Source of the DNA: Escherichia phage V18
Sequence record: NC_041937.1
DNA: 64,000 nucleotides
Reading direction: 5' to 3' (one strand)
The position numbers and the translations under genes were made by a program. Below, piece by piece: positions 30,803-41,071 of the stretch. The notes below the pieces were generated by a model. The model worked only from the letters and a program-made list of their open reading frames with translations. It made no database searches and had not been told where the DNA came from. Each line of letters starts with the position of its first letter. The stretch's first letter is position 1.

Positions 30803-31356
30803 ATGATCGGGCGGCTCGCCACCTGATCCACATATTTAAAAAATCTGTCATTATCGTTTCTTGAGCTGTGGCTTTCCTCCGTGTACCGATAAGGAAAACC
30901 TCTTAACCAGCTGTTGAAGATGGAAGAGATGGATATGGACAAAGCACTATTCTCTCCTGTCTGAATAGCCATATCTGTTATAAGGCCGTCAAACAAGCCA
31001 TTAGTTGTGACAGGCAGACCATTCTCCATAGCGGTAATGTACAACGTGGCACGACAACCAGAATACTCCGTCTTCAGCAGATCACCCACATACTTAGGAT
31101 CAAACCCGTTTAATGTTGCTACCACAGACCCGAAGTTGGTGGCATCTTTCTCAGACACAGCAGTTAATGTTGCTGATCCACCTATCCCTATAAAATGTTG
31201 CCCCTCAATTACCACAACACCAGTGCCTGAGCACACCCTGACAGTTCCTGTCGGTAGCTCCAGCTTTGCAGCAATTAAGATCTCAACACCATCAAGCTCC
31301 AGCTTTTCAAGAAATAAATTATCTAATGGCGCTCTGATCATCTTAGAAATCCTCAA
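30790..31356 (-). CDS. minor tail protein
   Basis: 188-aa ORF in distal tail module. Confidence 0.4.
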   Translation of the reverse strand: MRISKMIRAPLDNLFLEKLELDGVEILIAAKLELPTGTVRVCSGTGVVVIEGQHFIGIGGSATLTAVSEKDATNFGSVVATLNGFDPKYVGDLLKTEYSGCRATLYITAMENGLPVTTNGLFDGLITDMAIQTGENSALSISISSIFNSWLRGFPYRYTEESHSSRNDNDRFFKYVDQVASRPIIWEV

Positions 31357-31368
31357 AGAAGTTGATAA

Positions 31369-31932
31369 CTATATTATCACCTTTTTGCATAGCATCGACT
31401 TTTTGCTTAATTTTATAAATATCTCTGATATGAAACCTACCTTCGGAGATTGAGTTATTATCTTCATGGTGTCCCCTGCGGCAATAGGTTTTCTAAGTCT
31501 TGGCGATATGCTTATAACAGCAGACCCAACACCATCACTACGCACTGGAGCTGTTACCACTTTCAATTCATCATTGACAGATATTTTATCTCCAGCTCTG
31601 GCTATGTCTCTGTTTGGCTCCCATCCGACCGTCTTCAAAAAATCGTCGTTACCAGTAGGCCCAAGGGCGATTGGCTCATTAGCTGTTACTGAGTGACCGT
31701 AAGTTTTAATAAGAAAGATGTTCCCATCTTTATACACCTGATCAACAAAGCTCTTAAGCTCTAGCAACTGTGACTCGCTGATATTGGAAACTGTCAAAGT
31801 GCCTTTCCAGTTAGGTGTGGCATAGGTTACTTTTTGCGTTTTACCTGTAAACGGACTTTTAAACGTAACAATATCTGCCAGCAGCTCCAATCTAATATCT
31901 GGAAGATATCTAGGCCTTTCCCATAAAAACAT
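31369..31932 (-). CDS. minor tail protein
   Basis: 187-aa ORF in distal tail module. Confidence 0.4.
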   Translation of the reverse strand: MFLWERPRYLPDIRLELLADIVTFKSPFTGKTQKVTYATPNWKGTLTVSNISESQLLELKSFVDQVYKDGNIFLIKTYGHSVTANEPIALGPTGNDDFLKTVGWEPNRDIARAGDKISVNDELKVVTAPVRSDGVGSAVISISPRLRKPIAAGDTMKIITQSPKVGFISEIFIKLSKKSMLCKKVII

Positions 31933-31994
31933 TGTGCCTCCAGGTTAAACAATCATGATAGTTATTTTACCAGATTTTAAGTTAATACGCAATA

Positions 31995-32024
31995 CAAACA
32001 AAAAGCCCCCGCCGAAGCGAGGGC
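31995..32024 (-). terminator. rho-independent terminator (variant of CCCCGCCGAAGCGGGG motif)
   Basis: Hairpin GCCCCCGCCGAAGCGAGGGC plus U-run on minus strand, just downstream of 32032. Confidence 0.45.
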
Positions 32025-32031
32025 AAAACAG

Positions 32032-33064
32032 TTACTTCAGTTTCTCTTGCAACCCAGTAACAACCTCTGTCAATTTTTTAACCTGCTCCTCAAGGGCGGT
32101 TATTTTATCATCCTGCTCCCTGCAAACCTGGACAAGCAAGCCTGTTACAGCTGCGTAATCCACGCTGTAGAATCTTTCCTCTGTTATCAAAGGAGTTCCA
32201 TCTTGATCAGGGTTTGGGATTTCCTTTCTTTGCACGAAAGAGCTAACTGCTTCCGGCAGCGCTTCAAGCACCTCTTGTGCTATAACACCTGCATAAGGCA
32301 TACCATTCTCTTTCAAGGTGTAGGTATAACCCTTCATCTTACGGATAGCTTCTAACGCATCAGGAATAACAACTATGTTATCTTTCAGGTCTCTGTCAGA
32401 ACTCTGATTGACAGATGTGCAATTCACAGCACCGTTTACAGAAAGATATCTTGATTTATCCGGCAAGGTACCGCAATGCCATACATAAGCTGATTGAGAC
32501 TCGTCAAGAACCTTAAACTCTAGCACGTTTGGACGAGTCCCTGCACTGCCGTTGCCCCAATAATGCTGCCATCTGGAAAGCGTAGTTTCCAGAAAATGCC
32601 ACAGACAACCCGCCAACAACCATTGAACCTTCAGGTCCGTTGACGTTGCCAGCCAGTATTTTGGATGGGTTGTTAGGCCCAAACTGGTTGTTCCAGTCTG
32701 CACCAGTATGACATACAAAACCACCCGGTGCTGAGAAAGTGCCATCTTTGTTGAAGTTGTAGAATCTATGAGCTGTGCCTACAACATCGCGAACGATAAC
32801 TTGACCAGCTTCCGGAGTAGATCTGAACTCTGCCTGGCCTTGCAGTCTTGCACCATTACCACATTTAGAGGTAAAGGTGTTGTTGATCAGATCCTCTGTT
32901 CCTTCTGATGCAGCTTGGAACCCTGCGTTAGAGAACAGTGCTTTTCTAGTGGTCTGACTACCAGGACAAATGTAGTCAATACCGTCTGCCCAAAGCTCGA
33001 CTTTAGGCATGTTCATTTTGCTCATCACTGCATAGCGTTCAGGAGTCCCCAGGTAGTGCCACAT
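32032..33064 (-). CDS. tail fibre distal segment with C-terminal intramolecular chaperone (peptidase S74-like) domain; internal frameshift
   Basis: ORF 32513..33064 and ORF 32032..32745 overlap in different frames; C-terminal SSDRDLKDNIVVIPDALEAIRKMKGY...VIAQEV matches the S74 autoproteolytic chaperone signature. Confidence 0.5.
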
Positions 33065-33163
33065 AGTTCCACCACCAGTGTAGAAACCTGATGTTCCTTT
33101 GAACTCAACCAGAGGTCTGGTGTTTGTTACATCATCACCTTTGATTGCAAGACTTGGAAAGAA

Positions 33164-34963
33164 TCACCTCTGTCTGTCCAGCCACCAGTTCTGTAGTGAC
33201 ACTGTAGTGTAGCACAGTTCATTGGGTCCCCCTACAGTCCTGGCACTGGTACCACCACAAGCTATCGGTAGTGGTTCCCATTTGGCTTTCCGGTTGTTAT
33301 AAACACCCCATTCCAAACTGCCGTTACCGGATTCGTCCATCCCGCCATCCCAGATGACCATCTTGGCGGCTTTCTTAGATCCCCAGAAACCTCTTTCTGC
33401 TCCTGAACTGCGGATCCATTCTCCAAGTCCCCAGTTTGCCAGCTGACCGTTCAGATCACCAACCTGCATATATTTAGGACAATCTAAGACCCCATCCTCA
33501 CGGAAGCCTAAATATCTATGAGTTTCAGATCCTTTTGCGCCTTTGTGCAGGTGGATTGTCAACCAAGCCTTATTGTCGTTTCTTACCTCAGAGTAGATCC
33601 TATACCCATGCTCAAGGACACCGTCAGCGCTGTATTTGTCCCCGTTAACAATACCTGATGCTGACTTAACATCAGCAGAACTTTGAGACAGGTAAAGGTG
33701 CCCAAAGGTAGGGGAGTTTCTAGACCCGAGACCGATGTGTGCTCTAAAGGTATCATCGTTACGAGGTCTGACCATCGGCTGCCATGCAGTCCACTGATTT
33801 GTGTTGGCCTGGTAGGTTCTCAAATACCAAACATCTACGTTAGAGAATGGATAGTATTCCTGACGACAACCTGTACCGCCGTTAGCATTGTTCTGCCAAA
33901 CAATCAAGTGACCAGCACCAGAACCTGCAGGGTAACCATTTGCCTCAGTTGCATAGGCAGTCATCGGCTGGTAGTACACACCATCCTGATTACCAGTTAA
34001 GTTATTGATATTGAAATTTGGCTCAAGGGCTGCACGTTGCTTATAGAAAGCCCCCAAGTTAATGCGTGAACCTGCGGCATCCCTGGCACCTGTGCCGCCT
34101 TGCTCTATAGCAAGAGGTTGCCACGAAGCTGTTTGTTGGTTCCACATACCCCAACGGCCTGTTGCATCAAGCTGCAAGTACCCTGCTGTGTTTAAATCAT
34201 CTCCAGCACGGATAACTGTTCTTGTTGGGTTGTTTGCCTCTAGGCGTTTAAATTCATCACGAAGTGCTATTCTTTTTGTTGTTGCTACACCGTTGGTTAC
34301 TGCAATGGTATACATGGCTCCGGTGGTAGCGCCACGGAAAATACCATCAACAGTTGTAGTATCACGACGAGATACCACACCATTCAGAAATTTTTCACCA
34401 GCTGCTACAGAAGGGTAGTTGGTAGTTCTTCCCTCTTCAATAACTGCAGGGCCAACAAAGTTATCAAGGTGAATAACATCGCCTACAGTGTGCACTGTAC
34501 CAAAATCTACACGCTGTGCAAGGGCTTTAGCATCGTTAGCTGTCTGAACAGTAACATCCATTACATCCTGGACAGACTGCCCTTCGGCTGTCATAATCAT
34601 AGATGCGCCAATGGTAGATTCCAGCTCCTCCCTTAAGGACGGATCTGTATATACCATCCATGCAGCGTCAGTAATCCCACCATCGGAGTACGGTGAAGAT
34701 AGTGCAGGGACAGTGTGTGGAAATTCGCCTTTCCAACGCAGGTAGAGGTCTTCCTCTTCGAAGTAGGCAAAATCCATTGGGCCGTTTAACTTACCACCTT
34801 CCTTAAAGGAGATTACATGAGAAACAGTCCCATCCACATGGACAACATCGCCAATTTTTACACGACGAGTCAGGTCTGGTTGTTGAACAACCAGGTAATC
34901 ATCCTCTGTCACTGCGGTAGTGGCAGGAAGAGATTCAATTCTGACAACTTTAATATCAGCCAT
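33164..34963 (-). CDS. tail fibre protein (N-terminal anchor plus shaft)
   Basis: 599-aa ORF; N-terminal DDYLVVQQPDLTRRVKIGDVV shared with 37598..38266; ends at a TGA that is in frame with the downstream fibre segment. Confidence 0.55.
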   Translation of the reverse strand: MADIKVVRIESLPATTAVTEDDYLVVQQPDLTRRVKIGDVVHVDGTVSHVISFKEGGKLNGPMDFAYFEEEDLYLRWKGEFPHTVPALSSPYSDGGITDAAWMVYTDPSLREELESTIGASMIMTAEGQSVQDVMDVTVQTANDAKALAQRVDFGTVHTVGDVIHLDNFVGPAVIEEGRTTNYPSVAAGEKFLNGVVSRRDTTTVDGIFRGATTGAMYTIAVTNGVATTKRIALRDEFKRLEANNPTRTVIRAGDDLNTAGYLQLDATGRWGMWNQQTASWQPLAIEQGGTGARDAAGSRINLGAFYKQRAALEPNFNINNLTGNQDGVYYQPMTAYATEANGYPAGSGAGHLIVWQNNANGGTGCRQEYYPFSNVDVWYLRTYQANTNQWTAWQPMVRPRNDDTFRAHIGLGSRNSPTFGHLYLSQSSADVKSASGIVNGDKYSADGVLEHGYRIYSEVRNDNKAWLTIHLHKGAKGSETHRYLGFREDGVLDCPKYMQVGDLNGQLANWGLGEWIRSSGAERGFWGSKKAAKMVIWDGGMDESGNGSLEWGVYNNRKAKWEPLPIACGGTSARTVGGPNELCYTTVSLQNWWLDRQR

Positions 34964-34998
34964 TCTTTCTCCTGAAAGGGGGCAAACAGCCCCCTATG

Positions 34999-37596
34999 TT
35001 AAAGGTACAATCCACGGTATTGAGCATAAAGGCCTAGACCGCGAAGGATTTCGCCAGAGTGATAGCCAACCGGGTCAGAAACTGCCCAGCAGCCGTTTAA
35101 AATATTATCCCCATTAATGAAGTGGTGCTTTTGCAGTAGCTTCACACAGGCTTCCACAACAATATCTATTTGAGGTATTGTCTCTGAATACCCGCAAAGA
35201 CCTAGCCAGCAGCAACCTGCAAGCCATTCACCTACCACCCACATCCTGTCTCCTCTGTCCTGATAAGAATATCCCCCAGAGGTGTTAAAGTCTGTAGGCA
35301 GATTTCCTGAATGAGATGACTGGAATCTGTTGAGGAACCATGCCCATTTCTGGCAGAACAGGAATAGTCTTTCATCAACAGGTTCTTTATGTTTCTTGAG
35401 CTCATATATTGTGCGGCACGCAGCAACAAAAGATCTTGACTGGAGCTTAGAGTTATCTACCATCTCCCACCAACCAGTCAACCCTTCATTACCTCTTTGC
35501 CATACATAACGTGAGGCAACTGGACCCTCTGTCTTAAATGTATTATTATACCAGACTTGAGCGTCATACAGAAAGCCTATTGTATTTGACAATCTATGGC
35601 GATCTATGTTTTCTGCACCCATGCAGTAGACTGCTGGGTATTGCATGCCAGGGTAGGGCCAATTTGGCTTTTCCTCTAAGAGATAGTTTTCCTTATCTAT
35701 CATCTTTCCGGCAGGGAACACACCCGGTGTGTGCCTGTATGCACCTTGCTTGTAGTTTCTGACATAGCAATCTCCAACCTTAGCGGTTGATTCTGTCTTG
35801 CTTGCCATCCATACACTAAACCAGATTAGATAAGCATCCCTATCTGCAATATAGAATTGCGGCAGCGTGTTGACGCAATATAGATCAAACAAGCCATTAC
35901 CTATCTGCCTGTCGCTTAGGCTGAAATCTACAGAGGTGAGCCCCTTAGGATTAGCAAAGAAAGGTTTAATCTCTTCTTCGGTGTGGTGAGGTTGTGTCGG
36001 ATCTAGTTTGAAATCTCCTAGAGTAAGAGTTTCTGTTATCCATTGTCCATTAGTGGCATATAGATCAGCATACCATAACCACCTGTCTTTGTCAAGAAAT
36101 TTGACCCTTACCATCTCATCATCTGATCGATAAGTTACTGAGTTTAAAGAAACCTCTCTTCCAAAATTGAAAGTTACTTTACCTCTTGCTATATTACAAC
36201 GGGTGAAGTTGTCAGAGTGGTTGTAAATGTCGGTATCATACTGCATACTGACACTAGCGCCACCGCTCACGGCAATGTTTTCCTCTTTAGGTAAGAGATA
36301 CGGATTACCGTCTTTACCAACCACCTCTACAAAATCAGTAACCTTGGCAACTGTTTCTGTTACCTCTGCCCCTCCAAAAGGGACACCTATTCTGTACTGT
36401 TTTTTGTTATTGTTACCATCATTAAGGATGAAATGTGGTTGGAACAGAACCCCTTCTCCTCCGAAATTCATAACAATTTCAGCATCTCTGCCTATTTTGT
36501 ATGTAGTCCCTTTTTGGATTATTTCGCAAGGCTGGCGTGCGTTCATTCTAAAATTGATATATCCGTCACTATCCCTACTCATGACAGGTACTGTTCCTGC
36601 AACTAGACAAGTGCCATCTGTGAACGGGGCCTTAATCAACGTGGTCTTTCTGAACAGCTTGTCGTAGGCATTTATATCACTAAAATTAAGCAACTTATTG
36701 TAAGACTGCTTAAACGCGGTGTAATACTTTTCCTCACCTGTCAAGGTATAGAGTTGATAGCAAGCGTCACACCACATCTCTTCCCCGTCTAACTCTGTGG
36801 CTTGATTGTCTGCAACCACATTTATAGGATTTACAATTACAGGGGATCCAGCAGGTATCACCGATCCACCCTGCTCTTGTGGCAATCTCACACAGTAGGT
36901 CACCTTGTGGCTGCCTGTAACACCCTTATCCTGCAGTTGGATTGTGCCGAACTCTGCAGACGTATGACCACTATCGGCTATGCTACCGTTGGCCCAATAG
37001 CGGTTACCATCCCATGCTATATACCACTCAACCCACCAACTTAACCCGGATGTTGTCCAATCTGGGTTAGCATCTGTGCCACCGTAAACATCAGAGTCTA
37101 CAGTGTTTCTTCCTAATACACCGTTATATGCTTGAAATGCCTTGTCCAGGTATTCCCCCCATGTCGGAGATCCAGCTGGGATTTTTCCTCTACCATTGGT
37201 AAAAGATACCACCACATCTTTAAACCCACCATGTGATGGAACCCCATCTGTGGATAGAGGGTAGTGGGACAATCTTTGCATTTTACTTTCTACTGCATAT
37301 GCACCCAAAAGATGACTATTGTAAGCTTCCCAAGCATCTTTTGCCCTATCCAAGTAGAAATCGCTTTTCGATGCCCTGTATGCTTCAATGTACCCCAGAA
37401 TCAACACAGCTTGGGACTCATGCATTGCCCAATCATTATTTATCTTATTACCTGCCCACCCTGCAGCTATAAGACCATCAGGGTTTACTAGCTTATTTTG
37501 TGTGGGAGTGTTGGTAATACCTGTGTTGTTATCGAGGCACTTCCTGTGCCCCTCAATCATCTGAAATACGTTATCAATGTTGTGTTGAATACGCAT
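34999..37596 (-). CDS. large tail-associated protein, possible polysaccharide-degrading domain
   Basis: 865-aa ORF; enzymatic assignment is a guess from composition. Confidence 0.45.
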   Translation of the reverse strand: MRIQHNIDNVFQMIEGHRKCLDNNTGITNTPTQNKLVNPDGLIAAGWAGNKINNDWAMHESQAVLILGYIEAYRASKSDFYLDRAKDAWEAYNSHLLGAYAVESKMQRLSHYPLSTDGVPSHGGFKDVVVSFTNGRGKIPAGSPTWGEYLDKAFQAYNGVLGRNTVDSDVYGGTDANPDWTTSGLSWWVEWYIAWDGNRYWANGSIADSGHTSAEFGTIQLQDKGVTGSHKVTYCVRLPQEQGGSVIPAGSPVIVNPINVVADNQATELDGEEMWCDACYQLYTLTGEEKYYTAFKQSYNKLLNFSDINAYDKLFRKTTLIKAPFTDGTCLVAGTVPVMSRDSDGYINFRMNARQPCEIIQKGTTYKIGRDAEIVMNFGGEGVLFQPHFILNDGNNNKKQYRIGVPFGGAEVTETVAKVTDFVEVVGKDGNPYLLPKEENIAVSGGASVSMQYDTDIYNHSDNFTRCNIARGKVTFNFGREVSLNSVTYRSDDEMVRVKFLDKDRWLWYADLYATNGQWITETLTLGDFKLDPTQPHHTEEEIKPFFANPKGLTSVDFSLSDRQIGNGLFDLYCVNTLPQFYIADRDAYLIWFSVWMASKTESTAKVGDCYVRNYKQGAYRHTPGVFPAGKMIDKENYLLEEKPNWPYPGMQYPAVYCMGAENIDRHRLSNTIGFLYDAQVWYNNTFKTEGPVASRYVWQRGNEGLTGWWEMVDNSKLQSRSFVAACRTIYELKKHKEPVDERLFLFCQKWAWFLNRFQSSHSGNLPTDFNTSGGYSYQDRGDRMWVVGEWLAGCCWLGLCGYSETIPQIDIVVEACVKLLQKHHFINGDNILNGCWAVSDPVGYHSGEILRGLGLYAQYRGLYL

Positions 37597-37597
37597 C

Positions 37598-38266
37598 TTA
37601 GATAGCTCCTGCGATAATCAGTGCCCCGTACCAAGTTAACCCGTTGTCGTAGGTTTCCAACTTGAAAATATCTGTTGCACCAGCTGTAAATGTTAGGATA
37701 GGATCTCTTCCGTAGGACCATTTAACATTATCAGGCCAATAGACTTTGTTGCCGCCAGAGGTCTGAGTAATGCATACGGTTATAGTTCTCGCCACCCCTT
37801 CAAGACCTTCTGCTTGATTTTCAAAAGAGATTGTGGTATTTGAAGTTAGTCGAACCTTAAAGGTATCCGCAACTTCAAGATCCATATCAAGCTGACCACC
37901 GATAGATCCGTAATCAACTATTCTGCCAGAAGAAGTTGCAGCAAGCTCACCAAAAACAGACCAGGCATTTGCAGACACACCCCCAGCACCCTCTACAGTG
38001 GAGTCTGGGAGGATTATTTTAGGATAATCCCCGTTCCACGTGTAGTAGCGCTTAGTCTCTGGGTCATAAGCAAAGTCCTTCTTGCTCTTAAGATAACCAC
38101 CCTCTGTGAAATAGACTATCTTAGTGATACTAAGATCGTTGACAACATCGTCAATCTTAGCCTTTCTTGTCCCATCAGTCTGGTTGACAACCAAGAAGTC
38201 ATCACTCAGGACTGTTTCTGCATCTTCAAGATCTGGAATTGGTATTGTAGGATAAGCTACAGCCAT
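37598..38266 (-). CDS. tail protein with fibre-type N-terminal anchor domain
   Basis: 222-aa ORF; N-terminus similar to 599-aa fibre; stop is 1 nt from next start. Confidence 0.45.
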   Translation of the reverse strand: MAVAYPTIPIPDLEDAETVLSDDFLVVNQTDGTRKAKIDDVVNDLSITKIVYFTEGGYLKSKKDFAYDPETKRYYTWNGDYPKIILPDSTVEGAGGVSANAWSVFGELAATSSGRIVDYGSIGGQLDMDLEVADTFKVRLTSNTTISFENQAEGLEGVARTITVCITQTSGGNKVYWPDNVKWSYGRDPILTFTAGATDIFKLETYDNGLTWYGALIIAGAI

Positions 38267-38275
38267 GATTTCTCC

Positions 38276-38992
38276 TTAGTTAACATCAATAGCACGACCA
38301 GACTGGTTGGCAATAGCCTCATCGTTGGAGGTAGCAATAACACCAGAGTATTCGCGCTCATCTGGAGCAAGCGTCCAGGTATTGCGGTTAATGGTTTGTT
38401 CTGCCTCAGTCATCAGCAGATCTTTATCCTGAGTCAACAGAGAGCCTACAGGGATCGGGTTTTCCATCTCAGGACCAGCATACTGGTTCCACCATGTGGC
38501 ATCTCCGGTTCTAGGCAATCTGAAGTTGATCAGATAGTACAGTTTATTAGCCCACTTAATCCAACCCTCATCATCACAAAGAGAGGTTGTCCCAGAATCA
38601 GGTTGTGGGTAGGTGAACTGATCAAGACCTACGAAAGCCAGTCTTACAATCTCGTTCTCTTTGGTAACAACCTCAAAGAACGCTTGGTATGTTCTCGATC
38701 TTCGATCCATGGTGGACTGGAAGTTTATGATGTTTAGCACATCCGGCTCTTGTCTTGCCACTTCCATGATCTTGTTATCAAGAACAGTCTTCATGACCTT
38801 CTTACTGAGAAAGTCCATATAAGGGAAGCCAAACAGCTCGTCGAAGTACCAGCTCCCCTTCCACGTATTAAACCTCATCCACAAGCGCTGGCGCAGACTT
38901 ACCTGGTTTGAATCTATCAACTCAAGACCTTTGTCTATCGCCAAATCGCCTGTCTGTGGGTCCATCAATATATCACTATAAAGCGTAGCCAT
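38276..38992 (-). CDS. baseplate wedge protein, T4 gp25/GPW-like
   Basis: 238-aa ORF; LYSDI...TWKGSWYFDELFG matches the gp25 signature LYSDI...TRKGSRPFDPEFG. Confidence 0.65.
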   Translation of the reverse strand: MATLYSDILMDPQTGDLAIDKGLELIDSNQVSLRQRLWMRFNTWKGSWYFDELFGFPYMDFLSKKVMKTVLDNKIMEVARQEPDVLNIINFQSTMDRRSRTYQAFFEVVTKENEIVRLAFVGLDQFTYPQPDSGTTSLCDDEGWIKWANKLYYLINFRLPRTGDATWWNQYAGPEMENPIPVGSLLTQDKDLLMTEAEQTINRNTWTLAPDEREYSGVIATSNDEAIANQSGRAIDVN

Positions 38993-39004
38993 GAAAGCCC
39001 TCTA

Positions 39005-39682
39005 TTAGTGTGGTCCACTTGTCTCGCCATCAGGGCAAGAGTGGGTATGACCTTTATATTCTGCATAGAATGAATCCAAATCCACACCAGCAGCAGTTAT
39101 AATTCTACCAGATGGGTCTATTGTGGCACCATTCATTCTGATATTTCCATCCACAGCAGCTCGCAAATTGGCAGCCCCATTAGTGAAAGAAAACTCCCCA
39201 CTGCTGTCGCACCGTAATGTCCCACCAGGTGTTTGAAGCTCAAAATCGCCAGAAGGTGTCAGTTTAAAATAAACCCTATCATTCCATAACTCTACGTTAT
39301 CAGGATCGATCTGTAAAGAGTTTGAGTCTGAATGAACAGAGGTGATTGCCCACCCTGGAAACAGGCCGTGAGTTTGTTGATCGTCGTTATTGTTTTCATT
39401 TCTCTCTGAAAACTGCAATCCTACAACATCTCCGGCCTTAATAGGAAGTGTTAACCTTGCCTTTCCGCTGTTTGCAGACATCACCTGAATTGGAACGTCA
39501 TAGATAAGAGGGTATCTCTCCACATCTCCGTCATCAAACGTGGTTTCAGCTATTGGCTGCACGGCTGCAGAAGGAATACTGTAGTCAACACTGACAACTC
39601 TGGCCCTGATGCTGGTGTGGTAGTCCCTCATTATTTTTTCTATAAAGGATCTTACAGCAGCGTCTTTCCTATTTATTGCCAT
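39005..39682 (-). CDS. baseplate central spike-like protein (gpV/gp45-like), tentative
   Basis: 225-aa ORF; OB-like N-terminal region and His-rich C-terminal tip GHTHSCPDGETSGPH. Confidence 0.4.
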   Translation of the reverse strand: MAINRKDAAVRSFIEKIMRDYHTSIRARVVSVDYSIPSAAVQPIAETTFDDGDVERYPLIYDVPIQVMSANSGKARLTLPIKAGDVVGLQFSERNENNNDDQQTHGLFPGWAITSVHSDSNSLQIDPDNVELWNDRVYFKLTPSGDFELQTPGGTLRCDSSGEFSFTNGAANLRAAVDGNIRMNGATIDPSGRIITAAGVDLDSFYAEYKGHTHSCPDGETSGPH

Positions 39683-39866
39683 TATACCTCCTCAGTTTTG
39701 TCAACAACTCCACCCACTGTTTCCCCAAGGCCAAGCTCTGTAGTGTAATCACCGCCTTCTATGGTGCCCTTATGATGCACCGTGATCACCTTATAGAAGC
39801 CTGTATATTGCTTGCTTTTAAGATAAATAGTGGACTCTGGGAGGATAGCTCCGTTAAGGCATGTGG

Positions 39867-40679
39867 TTACAGTAAGACCGACATCCTCTCTCGGGTTTTT
39901 CTTTTTCTTACGTGTGCCACCTTTCGCAGCAGCTTTAGCTTTTCGTTTTTTAGCAGGCTCGGGGTTTTTAGGGTGGGAGATCCGTGCATCCCAGACTCTG
40001 CACTTATTTCAAACACAGAGTCCTTGAACCTTTTTCCAACCTTGGTCCAATACAAAGCCCCATCCTGAACGCTAAATGTGGAGTTGGTCAGTCTTGCAAA
40101 CCTGCGGAGGTTCTCTGCAGTGTTTCCAGAGAAAGCCATAGAGTATTGCAAAGTCTGGTTTCCAAAACCAACAACCCTACCTTTTGGCAAGTTCATATCC
40201 TTCAGTAGGTCATTAAGCACAGAGTTCAGAGGTGTGCCTTTCTGATAAGATCTTGTGCTTTGGCACTTAATGATGTTCTCAGTACCATCCCCGAAGATGA
40301 ACTTAGTTTTTCTGGTCGGACCTTCCCATCTGTCTTCAACAAACTCTACAGTTCCGGAGAATATCAACTGGTTCTCATCATCATAGCCAGCTTCAAACAT
40401 AACTGCAAGGGCATCAGCCTGATGCATATCCAGATAGTTAACTGTATCGTCAGACAGGTTGTAAACTGTCACATAACCTTTGTTTGGCTCTTTGGTATTG
40501 TCCTTTTGTATGTCAAACTCTATATTGGCGGCACCAGTGTCTGAGCTAACTTCATAAACTCCGGAATCACTCTCCCCTTTCTTTTCAACAGATTTTGGGA
40601 TATTGGTTTTTGATTTACCGCCATGCTCTACCGGACGACCAAACAATAATCGCCATGTTCTACGTCTGTACTCTGCCAT
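39867..40679 (-). CDS. baseplate/tail structural protein
   Basis: 270-aa ORF. Confidence 0.4.
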   Translation of the reverse strand: MAEYRRRTWRLLFGRPVEHGGKSKTNIPKSVEKKGESDSGVYEVSSDTGAANIEFDIQKDNTKEPNKGYVTVYNLSDDTVNYLDMHQADALAVMFEAGYDDENQLIFSGTVEFVEDRWEGPTRKTKFIFGDGTENIIKCQSTRSYQKGTPLNSVLNDLLKDMNLPKGRVVGFGNQTLQYSMAFSGNTAENLRRFARLTNSTFSVQDGALYWTKVGKRFKDSVFEISAESGMHGSPTLKTPSLLKNEKLKLLRKVAHVRKRKTRERMSVLL

Positions 40680-41059
40680 TATTCTAACCCTTGCTGTTCC
40701 TTGTAAAGATCAACCGGGGTGCCGTATACAAGTTGTAGCTCAGATCTCGCCCCAAGGTTATATCTTCCAACCCTACCCCAATATTGATCGTCTTTAAACG
40801 ACAGCGCCATCAGTCTACCTTTCGGTAAATCATCTCTGTAATGCAGTCCGTCTAAAATATCTTGACAAGCTGTTACTTTTCTGGTTACTAAAGGGCTGTC
40901 ACCTACTGGACCAAGAGATAACCACCAGGACTCATCCCTCTCATTCCATTGCATACGCATTTCATACGTTTCATTGTCTAAAACAACACGCATGGTTTGA
41001 TCAGGAAAGCCGTCAATGTCCCACACAAAGGTGATTATGCACCAATCTTTAAGCTCCAT
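40679..41059 (-). CDS. structural protein
   Basis: 126-aa ORF. Confidence 0.4.
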   Translation of the reverse strand: MELKDWCIITFVWDIDGFPDQTMRVVLDNETYEMRMQWNERDESWWLSLGPVGDSPLVTRKVTACQDILDGLHYRDDLPKGRLMALSFKDDQYWGRVGRYNLGARSELQLVYGTPVDLYKEQQGLE

Positions 41060-41071
41060 TATACGCTCCCC

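Noticed and set aside
34975-34996. Terminator between the 865-aa gene and the 599-aa fibre gene
   Set aside because: A GGGGGC...GCCCCC hairpin is present but the downstream minus-strand tract is not U-rich and overlaps the next RBS; more likely a structural element or weak attenuator.
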